This document shows, piece by piece, positions 22,536 through 45,688 of a stretch of 64,000 nucleotides of DNA (its first letter is position 1; each line of letters opens with the position of its first letter). Where the stretch lies: the NCBI GenBank assembly GCA_963693365.1, contig CAVNZM010000010.1:2604001-2668000 (forward strand). Reading direction: 5' to 3'. Source of the stretch: Amoebidium appalachense. Its lineage: Eukaryota > Protista > Ichthyosporea. A program made the position numbers and the translations under genes. The notes under the pieces are model-generated. The model made no database searches, was not told the origin of the DNA, and was given only the letters and a program-made list of their open reading frames with translations.

Positions 22536-25031
22536 TTGCGTGAACCTTCCCGTAATATTCAGGAAAACTGTGAATCCTAGGGTTCGTTTTTCACACGAAC
22601 CGTTAGAGGTTTTGGGATACCGAAATGATAGACGTCCCTTGAAATATTGATGCAAAAGTTTAGGAGGTTTCCCTTGTGCTGCTCAGGATCTGACTGGTGC
22701 TGCTTCTTAGCGAGGCGTTCTATAGAATCTGTACTGAAGTGAGTGTGCATATAGTTCGCCACGAGCAAATATGTACCTACGCGACGTGTACAGCTGTGCG
22801 TGCACGTGGGGGCAAGCTGCCGCTGCCACGTGTACATGCATGCATTAGTACACGTGGGCGCAACACGGCGTTACAGCTGCCATGCATGAGCGTGATCATG
22901 ATGCTGCACGTAGAGCCCGCGTCCACGAGCAAGAAGCGTTTACGTGAATATTGGTGAGGGGGCTGGATACCGAGTCGCGGCATTGAAAGCTCGAGCTCGT
23001 GTCACACTCCAATGAATGCATCACCGGTATATCATTCATCAATATGGTAAATCCTTCTATAATTCTAAATCTGGTTGACTTTCGCCATGGACACTTTTGC
23101 TCTGCTTCGTTTTTGATCTGGACTGTAGTAGAGTCGGCTTACATACGTAAAGGTATTCGAAGAACTGCAGGCAGCATAATTGTTTCGTTGTCAGTTTGTT
23201 TCTGTGGCAATTTCCCTGCAACTTCTTGATCGGGGATCGCACAGTCTAGCCAGAGGAATGCTCAGGCAACAGATTCACATACCAGAATTTACAAATTATT
23301 ACTACGCAATAAATCAGTGACTAAGGAAAGGAAAAGAAAAAACAAATACACCTTCAACAATACAATATATCAGCTCAAAATACGGAAACAACATAAAACT
23401 AACGTGCATCTATCATAACTTCTTGATACTAGCAACCTGACATGGTATAGGCTGCGGATGTTCTATTGCCTTATTCTCACTGCGGAATGCCATTCTATCG
23501 TCCGCTGCCCCGGCCACAGCAGCCCCGGGGTAGACTAATAATTGCTGCAGGTGCCGCTGTTGTAAAGCTAAACAGTTTCACCAAGAGCATTCTCAACAAA
23601 AAATGGGGATAATAGAAATATTTCAGATTTTTGGGAACTTTTCCTGAAAATCTGGCATGGAGGACTAGTTGTTGATAATTCTTGGCACTGCGGATCATGG
23701 TCATACTCAATGGCATTTGAGGAATTTCACACATGCGTGCCGCATCCCCATGCAGGAAGGATCGGATATCCGGAACTTCGTTTTGTGTGTGTGTGTGTGT
23801 GTTTGGTTTTTGGTCACCCGGCATTCTTTTTATAAACACGAAAAGCATATCGATAATGCTTATGAACCGAAGGAACTTCTAACCACAACGTATTTTATTC
23901 TTCTACGTTGAATGAACCCGGGGACTGACTGCTCTTGATCGTCGCCGTGACCGGAGCATGCTGGAATGCTTCGGCTATTTTTATCAGAGTGCCAAGGCAG
24001 CCTGGACGTGACAGGAAGGCTGGGCTCACGTGACACGCGGCCAGCCTGAACGAGTTTCGGCGGGGAGGCGTTTACTGTTGAAGTTCCCCAAGAGTACCTG
24101 GCAGCATTGAAAGTAAGTGACAGTAGCCGGTGAGTAGGCTGTATCCGGATACTGTTTTGCATCTCTAGACTTGCGCGGTGCAGTTGACCATCAGTGACCG
24201 TGAGTGCTGTAATTACAAAGAGGTTATAACCGCTAGACCGGAGTACCCGTGAAGGCTTTGTAAGACGGTCGCCGTGAGGCTCAGCCACAGTTCTACTCAG
24301 TTGTGGTTGGTCACAGTGGCATGCCCGGGTGTCGCCATAGCATCAACTTTGGCCGCGACATCAGTACTACCGTCTAAATAGCAACTCCCGGCGGTCCGCG
24401 TGAGTTTAGCAACGATCATGTTGACTAATTCAATGAACTATAGGCTATATATCACCGTGAATAACTTTTGTGTTTGTAGATCTATGTCCAGTGATTGAAG
24501 TCACTATCAACTTTGGCTAGCAATGGTACTGTAGACTAGTACTGCGATTGAAACGCAAGGGCATCGGACTCCGGCGCGTTCCCCGTTGACTTCGAGACGC
24601 AGTGGTACGAGTCAAAGTTTCGGACGAGAAGTTGATTCGTAGTAACAGAAGCCTTATCACTGTGACTATTACTTGAATTGCAATATAATAATGCTTGAAG
24701 CCTTTGAATCAGCTGTGACTCCCGCTCTACCTGAACTCTGTTCCGGGTTTTGAATGCCAAACGTTCCGGGCTGCAGCTGGTTCGGCAACCATCGTGGTAG
24801 TGATCGACCGTCCTGGTTTCAACTTGAACCGTGGCCTCAGTACTACTGACACTACGGGCCGGGCGTTACTGACTGTGACCTAAGGCGGTTCAACGGTGGC
24901 GGCGGGGCCCGTCAAACTTTTTAAGTTTGCTGCAGGCAGGCTTAGTAAAGACGTACGACGGTCGTAACCAATCAGTAATGCCAGCCAGAACTTAACTCGA
25001 TCCGCAAGGGCCATCTCCTCATTCGCTCACG

Positions 25032-32755
<7,724 letters not shown>

Positions 32756-33762
32756 TTGGTGCAGAAAGTCAACAGAAGAAAGTAGGATGGAGGGAGGGTT
32801 GGGGTGGGGTAGGGGGTGGGGGTGGGGGGTGGGGCAGCACTGAAGGGAAGTTGGCTTTATTCAATAACCTGATTTTTCGTGAATTTTTGGTGTTGCAGGT
32901 TTCTTGTGAGATAACTTAAATCACAAGTATTTTTGGGCGCGGGAGGGGGGGAGGGGGGATGGGGGGGTGGGGAGGGGGGGGGGGGGGTCTTTTTCTTGTT
33001 GTTGTTGCATGGCCCTTAACCGCTGCGGCAAAAAATAGCCTCCTTTTTTGTGAATCTAGTGACGTCACGGCATGATGGGCCACAAATAGAGCCATGCCCT
33101 GTGCACCGTTGGATGTGACTGCCATCAACGCGCCTTAACTTATTCTTGTGCCTGTCCTATAATAATGGCCTATTTTTAATATTGTTATTTAGTTTTTAAA
33201 TCGTTCATCTTATTGGTGTTTTTATGGGACGTGTGACATGTGTCTCCTTTGTCAACATTGTGCGCATCCACATGCAAGTTGATGAATCACGTGGCTGCTG
33301 TGGGCTGGCCCCACATGAGTGCCCCGGTGTGCAATGAAGCCCACAACAACAGTTTTGAATATTAGATAGTGAAACTACGCTTTTACACCAAGCATCGTCA
33401 TGACAAGTTACCTCGTAAACAGTTTTAGAGGACCTCTTATATAGTTTTTGAAACTGTGTAATTGTTGCCTTAGGCAAGGGGCCAAATTACATAAACTACA
33501 ATTTGTTTTCCCAAACTAATTATGTCATGCCCCCCTCCCCCCCCCCCCCCCCCTCCCCCCTGCCTCCCCAGCCCCCCCTTTCCCCCCCCCCCCCCCCCCC
33601 TGCCCCCACCACCACCACCACTACCACACACATGCCTCCCTCCTCCTCCTCCCCCCCCTCGCCCCCCCCACTACCCCCCTCCCCTTGCCCCCGCCCATTG
33701 GCCCTTTCAGACATGCCACCTATTGCCCTCCGGGCAAATACACAAAATGCAACTTGCCCCCC

Positions 33763-33793
<31 letters not shown>

Positions 33794-33889
33794 GCCCCTC
33801 CAACCCACATACTATGACACGTACACCCCACGTGCAGAGCTGTGCATGCACACACACAGCCACGCACACGCTCTCAGAATCCCTTGAGG

Positions 33890-34003
<114 letters not shown>

Positions 34004-34386
34004 ACCACACCGTCTCCATTAGGGGTTCTTGATTTTGAACGTCGGGGAGGGGGCTAGTAGCTAGGTTGGGGGGGAGGGGGGAGGGGGGACCCACCCACCC
34101 CCCTGGACAGGTGGGTCCCCTCCCCCCCCCCCCCCCCCCCCCCGAAGGGGGGAGGACCCACCTCCCGCTCCGGCTAGTAGGGGGAGGGGAGGGCGGGGGA
34201 GGGGGGGGACCCACCACCCACCTGAGGGGGAAAGACCCACCCACCTCATAGGCTGCCATCATACGACTATATCATATATGGTACTATGATTTAGCAGCCC
34301 CATGGCAAAACGTAAACATTAAGGCTAAGTTAAAAAGTTACTCTTGATCACCTGAAACTCAGGCCATATGTCCTTAAAGGCCATAC

Positions 34387-34418
<32 letters not shown>

Positions 34419-34512
34419 ACCCGGGGCCCCCTGTCCCTCCCCACCCCCCCCTCTCCGTCCCCCCTCTCACACTCGTCTCTGGTCGCCCCACCGCGCGCAC
34501 ACACACACAGCC

Positions 34513-34589
34513 CACACTTTCACACGTGTTCGATTCACACCAACATGCACACACTTTCACACGTGTTCGATTCACACCAACATGCACAC
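34513..34589. repeat. 37-bp tandem duplication
   Basis: CACACTTTCACACGTGTTCGATTCACACCAACATGCA twice. Confidence 0.85.
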
Positions 34590-34732
34590 GCATGTACCAC
34601 ACACGCACACGAGGTGCACAAACGTTGACCAGCGATGAGCACCCGACATGAGCACCAGCGCAAAGGGGTGGGAAAATTTAATGTGTGCATGCGTATGTGG
34701 GTGTGTGGGTGTGGGGGGGGGGGGGGGGGGGG

Positions 34733-34838
<106 letters not shown>

Positions 34839-36175
34839 GGGGGGAGGGGGGGGGGGGGGGGGAGATATGCATCGATATCAGTGGCCAGCCAAAACGGAGG
34901 AATAAAATTAAAATAAAAAGCAGCGAATACATGTACAACTTTGGTGGGTGGAAAAGACACTCTGGCTATGATCACGGGCATGGGCGGGCGGGCGGTTGGC
35001 TCCGGGGGGAGGGGGGGGAAGGGGGGGGGGGAGGGGGGACCCACCACCCCACTCACCCAGGTGAGGTAGCCGCAGGGGTGGGTGGGTCCCTCCCTCCTCC
35101 CGGCCCACCCACCCCGCGGCGGCTACCTTGGGGAGGGAGGGGGGGGGGGGGGGGGGATCCACCCACCCCCCGGGGGGGATGGGTCCCCCCCCCCCCCCCC
35201 CGAGGGGGTGGGGAGGGGGGTACCAACAGGGCGGAGATTGATATTAACACTCCCCCTCCCCCCCATTGCAAATCCGAGTCTTTCCGTTAAGCTCGTGCAT
35301 GCACATTTAACTAGAAAGTACATCGTGTGGGCCAATCATAATAAGCACTCATGGCCGGATTTTGAGCCGATTTATAATAATAATAATAAATTGCTACTTG
35401 TCACCCTTCTTGTAGGCTTTCCTCCCTCTCCCCCTACCACACCACCACCAACACCACCGCATACCACACGGCCACTGACCCGGCAACTTCGGAGCCTTAA
35501 GCGAGAAAACTTTGTGACACCAATCATAACCTAAAAAAATCATCCTGGATTGTGCATGAACTAAAACCTGCCCTCCCTCCCCCCACCCCCCCGCCCCCCC
35601 CACCCGTATACCGTACACACCACCACCCCACTGTGTGCATCACGTGCACCAAAAGTTCATTCTCAGTGTGATCCCCACGGTGTCCCTCCCCATATAGGTC
35701 CTCACATTTCGCACACATATTCATGCACACACACGCACGCCTGCGCGCCCGCATGCACACACAAACACACACACAGGCACACACGCACACGCATACTGCA
35801 GCACACAAGCACACACACTAAAGAAACATTGAAGAGATCAACAGATCAAAGCTAAGTGACATGAAGGGAGGGGGAGGGGGGGGGGGGGGGGGAGGAGGGG
35901 TTGAATTTGCTGTTAAGTACGAAGTACACATAAACGACGGATAATAGGATGCAGAGCGCAAACCACACATAAAGAGTATGCCTAATATACGTGGGTGAGG
36001 GAGGCTGGAGGGGAGGGAGGAGATCACACCTGAGGGTGCTGGTGCCTAATATTAGTGGCGAATGACAGCAACTGTCGCTCTCGGGGGACCCGGGGGCGGG
36101 GGGGGGGGGGGGGGGGGGGGGATAGTCTCCAAAGGGGTGCGGTGGGGCGGGGTGGGGATTGGGGGTTGGGGGTTG

Positions 36176-36208
<33 letters not shown>

Positions 36209-37009
36209 CAGGTATGGGATTATATTGAGTCATGCACTGCCACTGGCAGGCGGGTGTTTACTTTTGAACTCCGGTGGAAAATCTCAAAATATTTTTTTTT
36301 TAAAAATAACAGTATAAATCATAATAAAAACAAAAGAATGAAAATTTAAAGTAGGAATATTAAAACAAACAGAAAATTAGGAATACAGTACTATGTGGTT
36401 AAGAAAAGATAATATGAAGATGTTTGCACAGTGATAACTGAATCGGTCACCAATATTCAGGTTACAAATCATCACGGTGTGCACATCGCTGACGGCGGCA
36501 TCAAACAACCTGAACACTCGGGCTAATTCTACACGAGCATTCAACTCCTTTAAACTGTTAAATCTAAAAACAATATATAGAATGGCTTATATACACATCT
36601 ACACACTGCACACAGTGCCAGCTGTTGTGTGTTCAGAATCTTTTGTGTTCCCACACTGAGACACCTATCGTAGAACAAGAAAATGGGCCTGAGTCCCAAT
36701 AAGTTGCAGACCTTAGTTAAACAAGCAACTCACAATTGCCTCCCTATGCTCACGTCCAGAAAGTGCCTGACCTCAGGCTGCAGCCCCCATACATACACCG
36801 CATACTGTACCGCATACTGAAAGAAAAACTTTCAAAAGTACCTAGAAGTAACGATGCATAGGTATACCTGGTCCACACACGCAGTAGAGTGCCCGCACCA
36901 CACATACATAGACCCACATACAAACCTTTTATTCCAAAACACTGAGGCTGTCAGCACTATCACAAATGCACCGCATTGCAGTAGTGAAATATGGCTCGTG
37001 ACCACCCAC

Positions 37010-40000
37010 CTATGTGCTGCCCTTGCCAACCCCCATTTCCGGACAGCCCCTCAGTGAGCCCCGGCGTTGCCACTGGCCACTGCCCTGAGTGGTTAGGTTG
37101 CTGCCTGGGGCCGTAGGTCTGCGGCCCGTGTGGCTATTGCTGTGCGGCCGCATGCTTGCCTGACCCACAGCCAATGGCGAAACGAGCTCGCTATGATGCG
37201 GCGCATGCAATTGGCTGTTGCCTGGACGTGCAGTTTGTTGGGGTTGTGGGGGTTGGTGCTGGGCCAGGGATGTCTGCAAGGCGGCCAGGTCAAAAAGGAA
37301 TCGGTGGGTGCTGGGGGGGCTGCCTGGGTTGGACGAGGCCCGGCTGCGCGGTGTGGTGGGTGTGTGTTCCCCGGTGGTCTTGGCTGCTAACGGTCCAGAC
37401 GAGGGCGAGTGGGTACGTCCACGATAGGACGGCCGTCGGTCCAACACTGATTGGCTCCCGCTACTGATCTGTGCGGCAATTTGGTCTGCAGCGTGTGATC
37501 GCAGGGTGTCTCTCGATCCGCCTAGCCAATCCGCCGAATGCGATCCACCCGGAAGCAGCCTCTGTGCACTTGAAGACCCCATGGGCGCCTTGCCGAGGAC
37601 CATACTTGAGCCCAGCCCCATCGCAGTAAGATGGTCCCCAAGCGTTGCTCTGTGTGTGTGTAGGCGCCGTTTCAGGGTGCGCAGTCTGTGCCACGCCGTA
37701 ATCATGGTCCCGGTGCATGCAGCCGCACCCCACGCCAACAGCACCGCGGCTATAATTAGCGCCGTGTGCACCCTCGTAGTCCCATCATCATCCACAGTGC
37801 TAGCAGTGGAGTCAGTCTGGGCCTGTGGTCTTTTTTTTCCGATAGTTGATGGTCAGATCGGTGTTGGCGCCCCCTTGGCCCTGTGCCGGGCTGCCCAGCG
37901 CTTCTAGCAGCTGGTTGGCTTGGCGGCGGCGGCGACGGCGGCGGGCAGACGGGAGGGTGGCATCGACGTAGTCTAACTCCAGGGTGAAGTTGAGCACAAT
38001 GTTCGACGTCAGCACCCCGCCTTGAAGGTGCGCCTCCCAGATCTGGTTCACTGTGGCGAGATTTAGTTGTTAGGTCAAACGATTACTAGTATTCAGGGCG
38101 CATACAACAGTGACAACTCAAGACTAGAAGGCGCACGAGAGAATAATAGTACCGTGGCATTTCTGTGTGACTGGCAACCCGGACCGCCCCCTTACCAATG
38201 CGTGTAAGGCCACACCAAACTTTATACAGGCGCCCAATCCACTATGTGTACCAAAAACAAAAACTCATGTGCCAAGCAGTTGGCGGTATGACCAGGCTGT
38301 AGGCTAAGCAGTACAGGTGCAAGGCTCAGCAAAAAAAAAAAAGAAGGGGGATAGGAGGAGAAGGCAGAGGGATATGGGGCGGGGGGGGGGGGGGGGGTTG
38401 GCTGGGCTTACCTGACATGGGCAGGGTGTTATTCTTCCACACCTGCATGGACCGGACCTGGTTGTCCCATACACTCATGTTGCCTGCACCCTACAAGAAT
38501 TAGTCACACCAGCTACCTATGGCCTACCGTTAGAATTTAATAACTTTATTAAAATTCAATTTGATTCAATGTATGGCATTGGCAATGTGATGGCGCTCGC
38601 CTATTACTGCGCGTGGTAACTGTGGCCTGCACGGCTGATGTTTGCGAATGACGGGCTTAGGGTCACAGATATGATTGTTTGGGGGGGGGGGGGGGGGGGG
38701 GGAGGGGGGGGGGCTGTCAGACACTGAGGACATGTGCACTGGTTAGTGCTGTAGGCAGAAAGACACAAACAACATGCATATGCTGTGCAAATGTGGGGTC
38801 CATGTTCCACAGTGCATGCAGTGGCATCCTTATTAAGGCGGTCGCGGTGAGATGAATGGCACAGAGAGCACCGGAGCAGCATATGTAACCAACCAGAGCG
38901 GAATAAAGGCACACATCATTTTGTGCGTCGCTTGCAACCGAAAACAGTCCGATATAGGACATGGTGTAAATAGGAGTGATCACAGTCTTGGGGGGGGAGA
39001 GGTAGGGGAGGGGAGGGAAGGGGAAGGGGGTGGGGTGGGGTGGGTGGGTGGGTGGGTGAGGGGGGGAGGGAGTTAGGCACGGACCTACAAAAAGGAACTC
39101 TGTGCACACGGTGGGGCTGTCGAGCAGCAGGGGGCTGCCCTGCAGGTCGGGCAGCGGGTACAGGGCCACGCTGGCGTCGCACACCACCATGGTCGACGTC
39201 TGGCCGTCCAGGCTGGGCCGCAGCCGCGCAAGCTGCATGCCGGCCGGCACCTGGCTGTAGAAGCCCTCGGGCCCGTAGCCGCTGTACAGCGTCGCAGTGC
39301 CTAGGGCACCTGCACCACGAATTATCAGTCTCCTGTTTGCACACTACCCGTGTCATGAATCAACATGTTGAGTGCAACTATGTATATGCCTACCCGGACC
39401 TACGCGTGACACTGGTACTACGGCACTAACTGATGGAAGGGCCCATGGCAGATTGTGGGAGAAACAATAAAACCAACAAAGAAGATAAGGAATGCGGGGG
39501 AGGCCACACAATTGCAAGAGGGAGCCACGACTCACTTCTGTCCGCCACTATGACGCAGGCCAACTCCGGTGTCAGCAGCACGGTGGTGTTGATGACAAAC
39601 GAGTATTTGGACACCGACACCGACACCTGCCGCACATAGCTCTCGGGAAGCACCTGCCGCTTGCAGTAGCTGTCATGCAGCAAGCCCTCCCTTACCACAT
39701 TCTTTAACCGCACGGAGCTTAGAGCAATGGTGTCGTCAAAGGGCTTGACCACAATGCTGCCAAACACTTGCACGGTGGGGTCTAGCTCGGCCTGTGTGAT
39801 GTAGTTGGTGTAGCCGCCACCTGGGACTGATGTGGTCTGAGTGGTGACATTGGTGGTGTTGTCGATGTTAAACTCGTCCATGGTGTAGGTCGTGTTGGGC
39901 CGCGGCAAGCTGAAGTTGCCATCGTTCCTGTGTGGGGTGATCATACCACGGTCAGATCCAGACCATGGCAACCCGCAAATCATGTACACAAACACCAATC

Positions 40001-42395
40001 GGCTCCTAACAAACACTGTCAGTTAATGTTAAGTTGGCTGGCGAGTACGCTTGCCATGCCCTGTGCCATATTCGAGTGCAAACAGTGGGGCAATGGGTCG
40101 GGGGCACGTACAGGATGGTCAGGTTTATCTCCACCAGCAGGCTCGATGTGTCCCTTGCCACCTTGCACACATCCACCGTCTCCACCGACAGAACCACTTC
40201 CAGCGTCTGCGGCATTGGCAGCGGGCAGTCTTCGGGCGCGACGATTTGGCCCGTAGCATACTGCTGCTGGCACGTAAAGGGCACAGACAGAAGGCGGTAG
40301 CTGCCTGTGGCATCACACGCAGACACTATAAACGACACTGGTGCAGCACACACCTGCCCCGAGTTCATCATATTGCACTCTGCACCGTAGAAGGTGTAGT
40401 TGGAGGTGTCAGCCCCCTGGGCGTTTGACACGACCTCGATGGCGCCGGTGGTGTTGGCGGGGATGGCAAAGGGCGCCGGCAGCAGCAGCAGCATGTCCAC
40501 GCGGGTGCGGTTGTCCCCGTACAGACGCACCTCACGGATCACGGCCTGCGGGTGCCAATGCACAGGGTGGTTAGTGTGTGTATCTTAACTCCTGGTGTGC
40601 ATGAACAACCATGGTACCATATTACCTCCAGAGGGGTTGAAGCTGTTACGGTACATACATGTTAAAACATAGATTGGGAGAGAGATTATGGTATCGACTT
40701 CAAGTTGCTGTAATCAGTGTTTTTCATAAGCTAGCAAAAAAAACTATACACTCATCTTCAGTAGTTCCTAATGTCACACGGTGGTTCACCCCGGGCTGTA
40801 AGTGGTCAGTTGAGCTGGTAACTCAATGCGGTATTGGATAAAACATCAGATTCACTGTTAGCTCGAGGCATAGAATGAGCTCCTCCTGTTTCTTCTGTGC
40901 CGCAGCAGGCTCGAGCTATGCTCATCAATGACTCTGCCACGTGGCCTCGAACCAATCGAACCTAGCTTTACATGTGTCACGTGGTACTCTACTATTCAGA
41001 TCCAGGCTGCCACACACCCAAGCACCCACCTGTGTTTTAAAGTTGATGACGGTCTTTGTGACGGCCAAGGTTGCGGATATTTTTTGGACGCGGTCCAGCT
41101 GGATGCGCAAGGGCGCATATGTGCTCATGGTGCGGGCCACGGGGGCCAGGGCCAGGCCGCCAACCGAGCGGTTTGTGATTGTCTCGCTGGCGTTGAGGCC
41201 GACGTTTTCGGCGTAGACGGCGCTGGTGGCCGTGCGGGTGGGCTGCAGCCCGCAGCGGCGCAGGCGGGCAAAGACCACACTGAAGCCCGTGTTTGCCCGG
41301 CACGTGGCAAAGTCCAGCGTCAGCCGCCCCCCAGCCACCGTGCTGTCCCCATAATCTGCCCCAAACGTGCAGCGCCCCAGCCCCAGCCCCTCCAACTGCC
41401 GGCTGCTGTACCATGGTCCAAGGTCTAAGGCCCCCGTGTCTAAGTTAGAGGTTTGGCCGTGCCTTACTGCTACTACCTTTGTAACGGCCGAGTCGGATTA
41501 AACTTTGCCAGGCACATCATAATCAGTACTGTTGAAAAGGGAGACTACGCGTGTGATTACTCAGTATCTTGGTTGCCGCACGACCATCCCGTAACATAGA
41601 ATCAGGCCGAGTCTTCGGAGACACTATGCCACTGCGGTTGTCAATGGCGTGCAGCCAGTGACTAGCATCTCCGATAACCACAAGTTACGGTTGAGTGAGC
41701 CCGAGTGCAAATATCAGGCCCGCCACAAGACCCATCACATAACCACACTGAAAGAGTGAACTCAGCACAATAAAAACTTTGCACATGCCTTCACCATGCG
41801 CTGGGCCAGCTGCCGGACCTAGACTATAAATTTGTCGTGCTACATTTCGTTATCCAAATTAGTAAATTTCGAAGTATTTAGTTTAGCAAGGATAACCGGC
41901 TTTAACAACTTCCATACCTGCTTCGATGTGCACCCTGCCTTGCTGTATGCTTGCGTGGGTGATGTCCAGGCTGATGTTTGCACTCAGGGGCCGGGGCGTG
42001 GGCAACTCACAGGGCGGACTGCCCGGCTGCTGCAGCCACAGGCGGTGCAGGCGCACGGGCCACCGTGCCGTGGCTGCGTGGTAGTCGACCGAAAGCCCCC
42101 CAGCCGCCACCAGCAGCGTGGTCTGCCCGTCCGCGGCCCCCACTATGTCCAGCGGCAGGCCCACTGCCAGCGACCCGGCCTCGGCGTATGTGCCGGCACG
42201 CAGCTGCAGCGTGTCGTGCGCCTCCGCAGACGCCAGCGCCGCAGACAGCGTTCCCTGCCCCGGCTCAACCACCCGCGTCGTGCCCTGCCCGCCTGCCACC
42301 CCAAGCTCACAGAAGGCCCAAAGCAGCCACAGGCAGAGCGCGGGTAAGCTGCACCAGCAGCGGCACTTTACAATGGTAGCTGGGTGGCGTGCCAT
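37010..42395 (-). CDS. Paralogue B: inverted, convergent copy of the 25032-32755 gene
   Basis: Exons 42395-41918, 41424-41030, 40545-40112, 39927-39536, 39309-39085, 38483-38412, 38050-37010. Exons 5 and 6 have the same lengths as in A (225 and 72 bp). One frameshift at the A-run near 37835 joins NYRKK to RPQAQTDSTASTVDDDG and the TM segment ALIIAAVLLAWGAAACTGTMITAW. Confidence 0.85.
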
Positions 42396-43302
42396 TTCTG
42401 CCGACTAGCCCAGTATCAGGCGCGCAACACAAAGCATTGGTGTGGGACCAGCACCATCATCTGTACATAGCGCGGTTTAAGGGCTCCAGTCGGTCAGCCT
42501 ATTTCAAACGTGTTAAAGCCACGATTATCTGCCCACTGCCCTCGAAGCCTAACTCTGATTCAGCTCAGGTAGCGATGGCAGTGAAAAAACAATGGTTATT
42601 GGCACACGGTTACGTGCCAAAGTTTGTAGCGAGGTGGCACTGCAGCAAGATGATAATTTAGAACGAAGTTGGGCTTGCAACTATCAAGGGAAAGTATAAC
42701 GGCTTAGTTTGAGGAATTCGAAGGATATATACAATGATAACGCTACAAAAGCTTGGAATACGTCAGGGCCACGTATGCAGTTACCAGGGGCCTGTGTTTT
42801 GACGTGCAGAGTACTTATTTGTACGTGGGTATCGGCAGGGGCATGATGACCCGTACAGTCGACGCAGGTGTCAGGTGCTGCGCCGTGTTCACGGCGGCCC
42901 GTCGTCAGGCACTGAAAGTCTGAAACAGCAGGCTTTTTAACCCATTGGAATGTGGTTTGCATTCCACACATTCTGCTGCCTGAACATGAACACTGGCCAG
43001 GTGCCACCGCTCGATATTGCATGTATACTGTATGTCATTAGCAGCAGAAATGCATCATCGTCCAAAATGCAACATTGGGTGCACAATGCCACAACATTTT
43101 ACCAGAAGAAATACTCGTGTCATGTCAGCCAAGTGGACACACGGGCTCAGCATGCACCATCTACCCTACAATACAATGGAGCCTGTGTTTGTAATGACAA
43201 TTATAATGACAATTAAGTACCTGCATTCCAGGGGAATAGATGGACCTACTTTAAGATGGTCGGTAGCAGCCAATCAGGCACAAATACTTCCGATAGTTGC
43301 AC

Positions 43303-43396
43303 CAGGGTTCGAAGTTACGAAAAAAAAAATCGGAATTGCCGATATTTGAAAACACAGTTCCGATAATCGTCCCGGCCGAATCGGAACGCCCGAGAG

Positions 43397-43441
<45 letters not shown>

Positions 43442-44299
43442 CCCTATGACTTCGCAGGTCTCATCATACGCGGGGCATAAACCACCCACACAAGCTGCAC
43501 ACGTACGTAAGTTTCTCCCTGACCCTGTATAATGTTCAATGGCAGACCCTGACTAGAGCGCCATGGCCTAGCACATGTACATGGTGTCACACTAAACACA
43601 TTAAATTTTATGCACACACCCACGCACACACACACATACACACACACAGAGACACACACACACATTTACACACACACAGCCGTGACACCACATATGCATC
43701 ATAGCCATGCATGGCCACATGAACATACAATGCATTTGCCTGCGCATGTATATATAGGCCGGCTTCCACTTCAAAACTCCCCCCCCCCAGAAATCGAACC
43801 GCATTTCCCCCTCCTCCGCTGCCCACCGTTCCCTCCACCAGTGCTGCCCCTCCTTCTCCCCCCACCGCCGCTCCGGCCTCACCCCTCCCCCCCCCCCCCC
43901 CCGGCGGATCCCCCCCCCCCCCCCCTACTAGTACTCCCCCCCCCCCCCCCCCCCCTTCCCCCCCATGGCCAGGAAGGCAGAGCCTAAACATGGAATGGAT
44001 CTAGATGCTCAGAGTCGACGGCCACCAGGTGCAGGTGCCACGTGTATCACGATCAGTGGCACGCGTCTTAAATGGCAGGCAATACACACACTAGTACCGT
44101 GCACCACTGTGTTCCGTTCAAAGACACACATGCACATACATACACAGCCGTGACACCACACATGTGACCTAGGCTAGTACACGTGCACAGGCACATACTA
44201 TCTCAGATCATGATAACTGTATTACAAACGTGCACATGCATCCACCCTGTACAACCACATGCTATGCACCCACCCACCCACCCACCCACAAACACGTGT

Positions 44300-44357
<58 letters not shown>

Positions 44358-44411
44358 ACAATGGACACACACACACACCATGTACACGGCGCACGCAAAC
44401 ACACCCCGTGG

Positions 44412-44451
<40 letters not shown>

Positions 44452-44673
44452 CAAGAAACCGTTGGTACAAACACCCACACCCACACTGGCATGTACACAC
44501 ACATATGCATACACAGACAAACACACCGGTACCCTGCATACATACACACCACACTGCACACACACACATACATACACACACACACACATACATACACACA
44601 CTGTACATACATACGTACACACACACCATAACCGTTGACACAAAACACATACACACATGCACACAATGTCATG

Positions 44674-44724
<51 letters not shown>

Positions 44725-45019
44725 ACATGTGCACACATGAACACAACATAGACACACACATGTACACACCGATTACCGCTGACACAAATACACACACCCA
44801 CACCTGTACGTATACACAATGTCATACACACAGACACACCCGCCGTGCATACATACCCACCACACACACACACACAATTGCAAAGAAAAATACACACACA
44901 CACACAAACACAAACATAACCACCCAACGTGATTTTCTTCCCCCCCCCCCCCCCCCTCTCCCCCCCCCCCCAAACATTCGATTTCTGCCTGAGCTTCCCA
45001 TGTTGCTGCCTCAACTCAC

Positions 45020-45056
<37 letters not shown>

Positions 45057-45688
45057 TTCCCCCCTCCCTCCCTCCCCTCCTCTCCCCCAGAATTTTTAAA
45101 TAAAAACAAGGGACACCACTTGACGGTTACTAGGTGCTGGTGTGTTGTCAGAGATCCAATTTATTTGAAAGGGTTGGCAATATACACATTGTGCACCCTG
45201 TTCCAGTCAAAAGCCAGGAAATCTGCCAGAGCCATCTTTTGGGCTGCTGCCTCAGCCACCTGGGCCTTTTCCAGCTGCTCCTTGGCCCCTTCTACAGTCA
45301 ACCCTTTCAGTTTTTCCTCTTTAACTAATTTCTCAGCCATTTCTTTCTGAAACTTAAGCTCAGCTTTCACGTGCTTCACATCTGCCTCTATATCCGGCCC
45401 ATTCATGGCTATCATGAGCTGATTGTGCACTTTCTGTGTTGTCATACGTGCTTTAGGAGAAGTCTTAATGATATTCACACCAGAGAAGCCACGTTCACTT
45501 GTTGCATTACTAATTGGGATTGTTCTTACAATGTCAACCAACTCAAGTATAAGTACTCAAGTTTACTAATGCGCGACGATTACGATTTTTGGTGGGCCTG
45601 CTCCGACGGAGCATTCCGATTTTCGAAGAGGTTTTCCGAAACGGGATTTCGACTTCCGTTAATGGGCTCCACCGTCCTTCGAACCCTG
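43303..45688 (-). mobile_element. Non-autonomous hAT DNA transposon (internal-deletion derivative, 2386 bp)
   Basis: Perfect 12-bp TIRs CAGGGTTCGAAG / CTTCGAACCCTG; 8-bp TSD AGTTGCAC at 43295-43302 and 45689-45696; repeated TCGGA/TTCCGA subterminal motifs. Confidence 0.95.
45161..45541 (-). pseudogene. hAT transposase C-terminal dimerisation-domain fragment
   Basis: TIPISNATSERGFSGVNIIKT...QLMIAMNGP matches the hAT S(A/T)xxERxFS motif. The upstream catalytic region is absent. Confidence 0.85.

Noticed and set aside
22560-24950. Possible gene or transposon between the LINE and paralogue A (ORFs 23495-23848, 23860-24288)
   Set aside because: Short ORFs without recognisable motifs or a consistent splice pattern. 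Left unannotated.
34526-34575. GTTCGATTC Pol III B-box / tRNA T-loop-like motif, twice
   Set aside because: No A-box, no cloverleaf and only a 3-bp stem. The second copy is explained by the 37-bp duplication.
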